The translations under genes were made by a program, and so were the position numbers. Shown in pieces: positions 13,146 to 24,200 of a stretch of DNA of 32,403 nt. This DNA is from Tubiluchus corallicola (lineage: Eukaryota; Animalia; Priapulida): the NCBI GenBank assembly GCA_030141605.1, contig JAQGDQ010001619.1, positions 1 through 32,403 on the forward strand. Reading direction: 5' to 3'. Position 1 is the stretch's first letter; the number at the start of each line of letters is the position of its first letter. The notes below the pieces were generated by a model. That model was given only the letters and a program-made list of their open reading frames with translations. It was not told the DNA's origin and ran no database searches.

Positions 13146-13712
13146 CAGTAAAAGTCCTCATAACTCATGATCAAACAACTCAAATTTTTGCCTAACTCAA
13201 AGAATTTCAGCCAAAAGGACGAAATCCTTCATTTTTCCTGCAAAAAACATCAACTAACTCAAATTTTCGCCTAACTCAAATAAAAAATTATGATCCATTT
13301 AATCAAAAAACAGGTAAACTTACTTCTCCTAACTCAAAAACGCAATTTATACTCTAGAAAAATGAAAAAGTTTTGTACAACTCAAAAACAGTATCGTCTT
13401 CTGGAAAAATTCTGATGCCTTAGAAGTCGTGTCCGCTTCCCCCCAATTATTTTCTCCGGGATAGATCTTTCCGTGTTGTTCACGTGTCCTCTTGCAACAC
13501 AAAAAATCATGTTTCACTACATAATTTGTTATTCTGTATGTAATTGTCATCAAATCTCATCGTTTGTGTTCAGAAGGGTTGACTTTCTGTCTTCTATTTA
13601 GCTCGCCATCTGGAGGAGAGGTTTAGAGTTTCTATACTGAAAAATGGTCGACATCACCAAACTAAAAAGGTTTTTTCAGTCCGTTTAAATTTGAGTGATG
13701 TGGATTTTACTG
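13146..13712. mobile_element. Tc1/mariner-pogo (Tigger-like) MITE, degenerate
   Basis: Left end TA-CAGTAAAAGTCCTCATAACTC; right end TTTGAGTGATGTGGATTTTACTG is an imperfect inverted copy; subterminal cctaactcaaa repeats. Confidence 0.6.
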
Positions 13713-15801
13713 TGTAACTATGCAACAGGTTTTAACTTTAAGAACTCAATCTAGAAACTTTGTCTACTGACACTAAAGCAAATTGCACTAATAAGCATCA
13801 TGCAGGCAGCGAAAAATTAACCATTGGGCTAATGAGGCTATAGACTTAAGCCCTAATTTATAATAGGGTTGCAAAATCCAAAGACTGATGACCAATCAAA
13901 CAGAGATTATGCAGTTTAGTAAACGGGATAGCAAAATTATCTAAACTGAACATGCTAAAGATGAGTATGTTTCAACTTGTTTATTGAGTGACTAGTGAAA
14001 CCATTATTAAACTATAAATCCAAAGAGCCAAAAAGAAGAATAAAAAATACATTAATAATAGAAAAGCACAAACTGAAACTACATTTTAACAAAAGAGTAG
14101 AATTTAACTTATCAAAATAAACAAGGTTGTACTGGAAAAAAATCGTAGAGAAATGTACAAAAGTTTTACCTAACACTTGAGAACAAATAAAAGAACACAA
14201 CAGGTAAAAAAAATAATCAAAGTTTACATAATGAAACACCGCAGCAGTAGGCGATATAAGAATAAAACACAACTCGCACATTTTGCACCATTTACAAAAA
14301 GGGGAACTACAATATGAGAAATCGGAAGCATGAGAATGGGTCACAGAGACAACCCACCGGGACCACTACAAACATTGAGGGACGTAGTCAAACACAAACA
14401 CAGAAACAGATAGAGTGCTCTCACCATAGCGCTCTCATCACTTCATTCATTACATCATTTCATTCGGAAGCACTAAATGTTTTCTTTATCATACGATTCA
14501 CTTCAAATTTTCAGATTATTTTAATTACTATTTTTCTTTCACTGTGTGGGACAATCGAACAAGCCCTGCTTTTTGATCGCCTGCAACACATTTACATTTG
14601 TATATAGGTAAACAGTGTGTGAGGCTTTTCTTGTGCAGAAACAATAAAAACTTATTTGTATTATGTTCATTGTAGGCCCTTTCACTATATATTGTACATG
14701 AAAGTATTGTAAATGTGTAACATTAAATAAATGACTTATGAGAGTGCGATAAGATACCACCAATGATAGTTGCGTGTCAAGAATTAAGCCTTGCTTCAAA
14801 AAAAATGTGTAAGACTGCCACTACCTCGAGATCTTGACCATTACTTGCACTATAATTATAACGCTCTAATTGAAATGCTAAATGCAAAGTTGAAGCCAAT
14901 CCAATCACCTCTGCATGCAATATGGTGAGAGCCAAGCTGGTTTTGCGATGCTCCACAATTCTAGTACAAAGACGATGACCGGTACACACCACTTGAAGAA
15001 CTTGCCAAGTCGTTCACACTTGTTAGTTCACTTTCAGAGGGGAATCTCTACGTCTGAACATCATCATCATCTTAGGGGCTTCCGTTATTCAACTGTTGAA
15101 CGTGGAGTAGGGCACTAACCGAAACAGGGCAATTGGTGCATATGGGCTAGCCCAAACACGACGCATCATACATGAACTGCCCAAGTAGGACACTAGACAC
15201 AGGTCACAAATTGAGTCGTTAACCATACTGGCAGCATCTGTTGTGCTTGTTGATTTAATACTTGAAAACGTCAATATACATTGAATAATTTATTATACAT
15301 TTGATAAAATCTTATTGTGAACTAGTAGAATGGCCAGTATTAAATTTGGTTTCGATATTAATCATCTTGAAGTGAAATAAACCCGTTCTTTAAGTGACTC
15401 CAACAATTGCTTAAGGTATATCATTTTTTATTTTGTCTCACTTCACAGACAGGTGATCAGTTTCACTCCCTCTTGAACAAATAATTCAATTTCTCCTAAG
15501 TAAATGGGCTAGTGAGCTACGTGCCCTACGTATGGTCTCTCTTTAGAACATTAAATACTTAGTTTAATGTTATGATGATATTAATGGGGCTAATAATAAT
15601 GATGATGACATTGTAAAAAATACATTTGTAAATTGTCAAGGACTATCCATCATTATTATAAAGTTACTTTTTTTAAAACAAATTTGGTTTTATGTTTTTT
15701 ATGTCACAATTCTCTATTCTCGACAGAAATTGCCTTGCCCTACTTGGGCTGCCGAAGCACAACACTGCTTTTCGGCAAATTTAGCACATGCGCTTTAGCC
15801 C

Positions 15802-15993
15802 TACGCCACGCCCTACACAACATATCACCACTCGTAATTTGATGCCATGTTCCCAAATCTTAAACTCAACTTAAAAGCATCATCTGCTGCCACATGCCAA
15901 GTATGCATGTCGTATAATCAGAAATGGTGCTGACAAGTCACAGACTACAATTTTATTTTAAATTAAAGTTTAAATGTCTATTCACTCACTTTC
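15802..15993. repeat. Left copy of the 192-bp target-site duplication flanking the LINE
   Basis: Aligns without gaps to 18376-18567, about 11 mismatches counted by eye; directly abuts the (ATCC)5 tail. Confidence 0.9.
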
Positions 15994-18375
15994 ATCCATC
16001 CATCCATCCATCCGGTGCCTAAATCCCTTTTATATCAGGGCGAGTAGCAATGTATATTGTACTACTAGGCTTTTTAAAATAATATGATTACTACTCGAAA
16101 ATGCTAAGGTGCATACATATGCTTTCTCTAATGATTCACTATGCTTCTTCTTTTGACCATTATGTCATTCAGTAGGCAGACTGCATAAATTTTTCCCTCT
16201 CCAAATAACAACCATCTCAAGCACTCTTCATCAGTTACTCCTTGCCAAGGGACCTCGTTTCCTCAAATGATTCACTATGCTTCTTTTGACCATTATGTCC
16301 TTCAGTAGGCAGACTGCATAAATTTTTCCCTCTCCAAATAACAACCATCTCAAGCACTCTTCATCAGTTACTCCTTGCCAAGGGACCTTGTTTCTCATCT
16401 GTGTGTAAAATTCACAACTTAATATTATGTGTTCTGCAGTTTCAATATCTTTACCACATTTACAAAGTCTTTTTTCTATGCAGTAACCTACTTTCCAAGC
16501 ATACAAGGGATTTCCCAATACTTCTAATGCGCCAACCCTAGCTTTGACAAGCAATTCTGCACCCCATGTATCGTTCATCCAGGGTTCAAATGATATACAA
16601 CTTTTGCAATCTCTATATCTTTCTACTGTTGAACATTTACCTAATTTTTCAGCTATAGTTTTCTCTATATGCACATCCCATGCTTTTTCACCCAAATGTT
16701 TATCATAAATTTTATTCAGCCCTACCTCATTTAATTCCCCTAATGCCATAATATTATTCTTTGCAGCCATTTTGATCGAATTCTGTGTGTCACTACCCAT
16801 ATTACCACTTTTTTCAGTAACCGATTATCACTCATAAATATAATTCTTTTAAAAAATTTTAGTCACGCCTTTGCTTCTCGTTCTTCAAAGGATGAAAACC
16901 CCGCCTCACCTCTAATAGCAGCACCACTGCATCCTTTTGCTTTCCAGAGCCATCTTACAAATTCTTCTTGAATGCTGTTATACCAATCAACTTCCTTTTG
17001 GCTGTATGTTCTGCCCACACAACCAAACATTATTTTAGGGACTACAATTGCTTTCCAGCCTGTTCTTCCTATTTCTAATCTTGCTTCTGATTGCATTGCC
17101 ACAAATTTTACGGCACCTATGGTTCTTCTAATATCTGGTATTCTTTCTTTCCAGCTATGTTCATCTTCTATGGCTCTTATAATTACCCCTAGGTATTTTT
17201 CTCTTTCTGTTCCATTTATAGGTATGTCACCTATCTTAAAGACTGCATTAGCATTAGCTCCACTAAGGAGAATTGATGCACACTTGGTCGCACTAAATTT
17301 CATGCCAAACTCTTTTCCAAGATCATCCGCAATCTTCAATAACACTTCAAATTTCAAATCACATTCATTTTCAAATTCTGTAATTAGCGCGGTGTCATCG
17401 GCAAAAGCTAATATGCTCACTATTATACTTTCATCTATTTTGTATCATCTTTTTGATCTACTTATTTCTTTGAACATTTTATTAATATACAATGAGAAAA
17501 ATACAGAGGACATAGGATCACCCTGTTTTACACCTCACGTTACTCTTACGTTATCTCTTTTGATACTTCTCCAAGCAAATCTAACATTAAAACCATGGTA
17601 CCATGATTTCAAAATTCAAGAAAGGATTACTCTGCACCTAAATGTGTCAATACTTGCCACAATTTTTGATGGTTGACACGATCATAAGCTTTTTCTAGGT
17701 CTAACATCACCACCCAAAGGCTTCGTTCCTGTATAGAAGCTATTTCTCTCAAAAGAGTCAATATGCATAAGTTATCGTCCAACCTTCTGCCAATCCTAAA
17801 TCCATTCTGTTCCTCGGCAACCACATTTCTTAATTCTAGTTCCTTTACTACTCTAGTTTTTAAAATATTTGATAACAATTTCCCGACCACTGAAATTATA
17901 GCTATAGGCTCTTTTCTTTTTCTTCCTTTTTATGAATGAGAGAAATTGTTCCTGTTTTCCATGATACTGGTATACTTTTTGTCAAAATGACAGAGTTGAG
18001 CTCTTTTTTTAATATTTCTTTTGCTTTACTTTCAAGACCAATTAAAAACTCTCCATCTACATCATCATCTCCATATGCTTTACCACTTTTTATACTTATC
18101 AGTGCCCTGTCTAATTCTTCATCGCTGATCATGTACATAAGTTCGACATCTTTCAATAGCATATTATTATTATCCATCTCTTTACTTAGTATCTGAGCAT
18201 GCGTTTTTAACTGAAAAAGCGATTCCCACTTCTTAATTATTTCTTGGGAAATTACATTTTCATCAGTTATTTTTTCACCTGCGTCAGAAATCAAAAATAA
18301 GTTCTCTTCTCCACTTTCAGATTCCTGTTTCCTCTTTGTTATGTCTTTAGAACATAACATAACAGAACCTCTCTG
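15994..18375 (-). mobile_element. 5'-truncated, degenerate non-LTR retrotransposon (RTE/RTEX-like LINE): reverse transcriptase plus C-terminal CCHC knuckle
   Basis: Frameshifted minus-strand ORF pieces carry RT motifs GKAYGDD, IPVSWK, EEQNGFR, LDLEKAYDRV, GVKQGDPMS, AFADD, KYLG, then AIRGEAGFSSFEER and CKCGKDIETAEHIILSC; 3' tail (GGAT)5 at 15994-16013; no endonuclease domain seen. Clade assignment is inference. Confidence 0.9.
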
Positions 18376-18567
18376 TACGCCACGCCCTACGCAACATATC
18401 ACCACTCGTAATTTGATGCCATGTTCCCCAATCTTTAACTCACATTTAAAGCATCATCTGCTGCCACATGCCAAGTATTCATGTCGTTTAATCAGAAATG
18501 GTGCTGACAAGTCACAGACTTTAATTTTATTTTAAATTAAAGTTTAAATGTCTATTCACTCGCTTTC
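18376..18567. repeat. Right copy of the 192-bp target-site duplication
   Basis: Matches 15802-15993; abuts the truncated 5' end of the LINE. Confidence 0.9.
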
Positions 18568-18760
18568 TGTGATGCGCTGCATCTCCATCTTGTTTTACGA
18601 CTGAAGGCGGCTTTAGGAATCGGGTATGCTGTGTTACAAAGTGTGTAAAGAGTAAGTGACGGAATTTTTGTTACGTATTTTGTTTTTGCAATTACCGGCT
18701 ATGCTGGCGGCATCAAACGGCGAATCATTAAAAAATTTTGAGCGGCGCATTGACTGTAAT
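18564..18760 (-). promoter_or_regulatory. Candidate promoter and first exon of the zinc-finger gene
   Basis: Local CpG enrichment; minus strand reads caagATGGAGATGCAGCGCATCACAGAAA|GCGAGT (YY1-like caagatgg, good Kozak context, GC-type donor). The link to the ZF exon is not demonstrated. Confidence 0.35.
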
Positions 18761-19079
18761 AATAATATTCTTAAGTTCACTAGTAGTATTGGCATACGTG
18801 CAATTTTGATAAGCCAAAAACACTTTTTAATAAAAGAAGAATATTTCACATAAAACATTTATTAGTTTTATAAAACTAAAAACACATCATGAAAACGAAA
18901 AATAGTTGTAGCAATAAGTTTGTATTTTAGTACTTGCAAATACTTCTCCAGTTTTCTTGTAAGTAAACTTTTATTGTTCTTCCTAAGGAAAGAGGCTAGC
19001 TGACTGCATGACGGGCTGCCTACTTTGTAAAAAAGTAAAGCATTTTTATTGATTTATTGATCCTTCTCTCCCTCCCTCT

Positions 19080-19164
19080 CTTTGAGGGAAAGAGAGGGAG
19101 GGAGTGAGAAAAAGAGAGGGAGAGAGAGAAAGAGAAAGAGGGAGGCAGAGAGAGAGGGAGACAG

Positions 19165-19215
<51 letters not shown>

Positions 19216-19257
19216 GATGAAAAGAGAGAAACCGACAAAGAGAGAGAGAGAGAGAGA
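19080..19257. repeat. GA-rich / (CA)n(GA)n compound microsatellite
   Basis: Seen directly in the sequence. Confidence 0.92.
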
Positions 19258-20719
19258 TCCTTCTTTTCCTTTTGTTGAAGGTTCTGCCATTTGTTTCTTC
19301 GTCATTTTACTCCAATGCAATTTGGCGGATTTGGCACATTAAAAATTGCACCCATTTACGTGCCCTGCAATTATTCTATATAATTACACACATATTTTAT
19401 TTTAGGTTTGTATATAAATAATTTGCGCATGCACTCATGCACCCAACAAGTAATTGCATACTGTGCTTCATATATAAATAATCATTACAGTAGTAGAGAT
19501 GAGCAGGACTGAACGGCCAGCCTAGGGCATCATAACGTCTTCAGACACCCATGCAGACACACTCACATACATGTATGGTGTACGCATTATTACATACTAG
19601 GATTCTATGAAGCTGAACCTATGTATTTACCTATGTAAAATGATTGCCCTTTGCAACTAGGCCTGTATAAAATCAATTAATTTAAGCCCATCAATAAATA
19701 ATGTTTACCGTGACTTGTCAGTGGATTTAGGCACAGGTGTTTTATTAGTACGCTTATACAAGTACATTTTTTACACGTAAACAAACTGTATTTAGTGAAC
19801 ACTTATTTTGATGTAAGCCTAATTGAATCCTAAAAAATAGGCTAAAAGCAAATGAAGTCTACACATGATATATAAAGTGTTATGACACACCTGCCGATTC
19901 TAATTTATGCGCCAGATTGGCTTCTCACTTGAATTCCGTAATTTGATTTTGACCTAGTTAGTTGTTTGTTATAGAGGTGGAAGTAATGCCGGCTGCTTAG
20001 GATGACAACTCTGGTGTTTTGTTTTGGTGTTTTTTGTTCACTTATAATAAAAAAGAGGAGTAATGCTGAAAATGCATCTCCGTTTGTTCAACTACCAACT
20101 CCAACTCATAACAAAGGCCAATGTGTGATTATATGCTTTTCAAATATCTGTTAACTTGGAATTAACAAAACATGCAGATGCTTAGATTAAGTTTTGTTCT
20201 GGAAAAATTATTTGCTCTACTGAAAAAATTATTATTACACACGAAAGTCATTCCTAATATTTCTTCAAGTTATATTTCCTGATAAAAACATATTAAATAT
20301 AGGAATGTTTTTTTAGAAAAATTGAGCCAGGCATTTGCAAACTTTCTTTGTGAATAACTTTTTTAACTTCTTTTGCAAATAAGCCTATTAATTTTCATGA
20401 GATACGAATATAATAGTTTCTATTTTAACTACTAATTATTGTTCGGGCCATATGCTTGCTTTAAATAATATTCAAAAATATAACAGCTGCTATAAATCGC
20501 CAAAGACAGGTGTAGGCCTTGCAGTCTTTGGCTAGTGTACATATATTTAACTTGTAACGAAAGTTACAAAACTGTGTTATAATTAGCATTTTGTTATAAT
20601 TACCTGGCTGCATCCTCGACAAATTTAAAAAGATTTTATTTATGTTTTTGCTACTCACTGCTAAGCAATTTATGAGCACCTGTCGACTAGCCTGCCTTTG
20701 ATGGTCTCGTCAATTCATC

Positions 20720-20935
20720 TGCTACAGTACACACCGGTGTGCCTACAGCGAACAGCGGCGCTACCGCGTACCATACAACAGTCCGTAATGGTCTGCCGCT
20801 AGGGCGACACTAACTGCGCGATCTACTGCGCAGTAATTCACGCCTTTTATGGTTTACATTCTTTGTTTGTTATGCCTCAGCTTATGAAGATTTCCCGCAT
20901 TCAATATGCATCACGTGCAGAAACGATGTGTAAAA
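20720..20935 (+). promoter_or_regulatory. Candidate MRM1 promoter (CpG-rich patch)
   Basis: Dense CpG cluster in an AT-rich background 100-300 bp upstream of the ATG; contains actgcgcg / actgcgcagt (NRF1-like half sites). Confidence 0.45.
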
Positions 20936-21031
20936 AGCTAATTAATTTGTTGTAATAATATGAATATTTATATTACTTGTCTTATTATGGGTAGAATTAA
21001 CTGTGTCTTGTGGTGCGTTTAAAGTGTGCAA

Positions 21032-21288
21032 ATGTTTTCTCAACTATGTCTTAAGCAGTTGTTTTATAATGCTAAATTTCACTCGTGTCAGAAGTCAGGG
21101 CTGAAGAATGTATTACAACTCGCTCGTGTGTTAAGCCCGCATTATTTTCACCAGCATTACAGATTACTAAGTGAAAAGTTTGTAAGTGCTGATCTACTAG
21201 AGAGTGAAAGTCATTCGAATCAAAGCAACTACAATTATGGTTTGCCTGGAAAAGGAAAAGAACGGTCTAAGAGCGTGAAGCAGGAATG
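21032..21288 (+). CDS. MRM1: MRM1 coding exon 1 (putative mitochondrial targeting presequence)
   Basis: MFSQLCLKQLFYNAKFHSCQKSGLKNVLQLARVLSPHYFHQHYRLL...; no acidic residues in the first ~47 aa; donor TG|gtacgc (phase 2) joins exon 2 in frame. Confidence 0.72.
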
Positions 21289-24200
21289 GTACGCCAATAA
21301 CATACCTGTCACTCTCACTTAGAGTCTGTGTGGCTGTGTGACGCGAATTTTTCTTTCACAAGCGCAAGAATTTTTTTGTGCACGGCACACAAAATTTCTG
21401 TTTTAGTGAACTGCAATAACAGTTCTTTTGTTGTTTTTCTACGATTTACACTTGTGACTCATTCATATTTAATTGGCAGGTCAGCCATTATAGCAGCATG
21501 TCAAGTTAGAAACTGTTCAATGTGGCCGTCCTTATGATAACATTATTAATTGATGGAGATTAGAACTGATTTGAAATATGTTGTGAGTGTGTGGAACAGT
21601 GAGATTATATTCACGCTTTCTAGATTGGACTTATATACACACTAAGTCTTCGCTTAGCGACGCTAATACGTTCCAGCAAAACATGTCATTAATTGAAACG
21701 TTGTTAAACAAAGCCAAGACTTTTGTAAAAATGTAATGCAAAAGAATTGGGATACGTGCCAGAGGCAAAAATCAATGCTGCTTTATTCATATGAATTAAG
21801 CGTTTTATAAATTTTATTCATGTTTTTACCGATGAATTCTTTCTGCTTGCTTGAAATAGCCTGTCTTTCTTACCAATACCTAGCTAGCGATTTTTCTTTC
21901 TCTAATGTTGAAGCTTTTTTGAAAATTCAACATCAAAATAAAATATGCACTAAAATACCTGTTGGCATCCTTCTGTCTCGGAGGACAATGGAGTGTGCCC
22001 CAAGAGAGTCAGTTGTTGATCACATTGATGGAGCTGCAGCATCGATTGTGGCTGAGCAGTGCGATCCTTGAACGACTCCAGGGCGCACGCTTGGGCAAGG
22101 TGTATGGAGTTCCTGAGTTGCCCAGACAACAGGAACCCTCTCTCTTCCTCCCTGGTGTAGTCCAAAGGAAAGCGGAGCGATACGTTTGGCACCAGGTTGG
22201 CTGCAGGAGCTGCCGGAGTCAGTGAGCATGCTGCACTGGTCCGCCTTCCGGGCTCCACTCGTGATTTGGAAGGTTTGCTCCTCTACACGTGGCCGTTGGG
22301 TCACTTGACCTCCTCCACCCTCTAGCCGTGCTTGTGCAGCTCCTCCGCCTAGTGTCGAGATACAGTGTGGGCATCCTGCAAGCTTACAGCACCTGGTATT
22401 CCTAGACGGTCACCCATCCCAGTACTAACCATTTTCTACATTGCTTAACTTCGGTAATCAGACGAAAACCGGTGTTTTCCATATGATTTGGCCGTAGTAC
22501 TAAAAAACTGCATATTCAAAGCCAACTTTGGAGCATCCGAGGGATAATTTCATCTACCTAATCTGGTTGCTATAGCAACAGGTTGTAGACAAAATTTCTT
22601 CACATAAAATTTGCTGCCAGGTACCTTTAAATCGGAAATTTGAAGATGTATAACTCACAGATAGATCTCGCGTTGATGCAAAATGGTTAGAATTTAGTAG
22701 TCTTTTGGGAAGCAAAAAAACTTGAGTAGTAATTGTATTCTCACTGTCATGTAGTGTGTTCTTAGAACAGAACAATGCGTTATCTGTTGTTCAAATTAGG
22801 TAAAAATGTTGCTGATGAAATAGAAATTGGCTTTAAACAGGTACAAAAATCGTCTTTAAACTGAAATGTGCGTCGTTGAGTCAAAAAAAGATGCGAAATA
22901 TTCAGCGTAGTTAAAACGAAACGTCACTAATCAAAAATTCGTTAAGCGTGGACTTGCTGTATTGCATTATTTATGTTGCTGTGCCGTTACTGCAGAACAT
23001 GTTATAAAAATTTGATGCTAAATATGTGCTAAGTAACTTGCTGCTTTTTCTTATTCAATAAACCTTTTCACAGTTTCGTTGTGCACGCGCGCACTCGCTG
23101 TAGGTCAAAGATTTTAAGCGTACCACAGAAACGCGTCTTAACTGTCGGTAAAGCAAATGCCGTCTGCCACATTAGTTCAGTATCTTCAGTTGTTTTACGC
23201 GGAGTTATGGATTAGTCTGTGCGTAGAATGATTCACTAGCAGGATCTTGCTTGAAAACAAGACAAAAATGAAGGTTCTAGTTAACTGTTAAAACTGTTAC
23301 TATTACTATGGCATGAGCTGTGAGGCTTTGTCTCACACACACGTGTACACAAATGCATTGTCTGGTACACTTAACCTTTGACCTTTTCACGATCATTGTC
23401 ATTAGTCACAGGAAGTGTGCAAATGCTTACTCTATTTCACTCTGTTTTACACGTTTGAAACAAAGGCATTCTAATTATCTCCAACTGTTTTCTCATCTGC
23501 GAGTGAAAGATTTTATTTTATTATTAGAACTTTTCTAATTCTCAGGCTGCACAAAACCGTACAACCATCAGGCGAGATCATATTTGGCACCATGCCAGTT
23601 TTACTTGCATTGACAGAAGGACGGAGGGACGTGCACTGCGTGTACTTGAAAAGAGGCGACCTGAGGAATAATAAAAGACTAACCGAAATCGCAGGTATTT
23701 ACATCAATAATTTTGAATCTCTCTTCATGCAGTTTGGCATGTTGCGAGCTGGAATTCAACTTTCAAGGCAGGGCTTTCCTCATACTTGATGTTTGTGGAG
23801 AGACCGGTACCTAGTTCATTATCATTGTCATTAATGAGACAACGAACCAGCAGAGGAGTCTTAATTGCGGTCATATATATATATATATATATAATTTCTT
23901 CATATACAAGGTAAATGGGGTCAACCATCCACTTACTTGCCAGATTTAACTTGCATCTTGAATCATGTGCAAGTATTTTTACACCAAGATAAATTGTCCT
24001 AAAGATGGCATTTTTGGAATACATGGCGAATAAATTAACATTGTTTTTGGAACTCGTTTTGGCTGATCGCATTTTGGTCTCCAGCGTTCGCGTTACACAC
24101 GTGACATCAAACCGGCTTCTGTCGGCCGTCTTGCATGCGCTTTGACATGCACTTATATCTCACTTTGCTGGACCTCGCTTTTACGGATTTCAGAAGAATC

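Larger units (their letters stand above)
21640..22959. mobile_element. Tigger/pogo-like MITE, copy 1 (interrupted by the 5S-SINE)
   Basis: Ends CACTAAGTCTTCGCTTAGCG / CGTTAAGCGTGGACTTGCTG-TA; recognisably homologous to 26385-27034 at both ends and in internal blocks. Confidence 0.8.

Noticed and set aside
14777-15274. Moderately GC-rich stretch with short ORFs as possible upstream zinc-finger exons
   Set aside because: No recognisable domain or consistent splice pattern; probably a decayed repeat
16972-17676. 234-aa plus-strand ORF
   Set aside because: Antisense shadow of the LINE reverse transcriptase frame
22381-22500. Functional 5S rRNA gene
   Set aside because: Single copy, several helix-breaking substitutions, and no oligo-T Pol III terminator
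22812-22864. C/D box snoRNA-like TGATGA...CTGA
   Set aside because: Short, lies within a MITE, and has no terminal stem or recognisable antisense element
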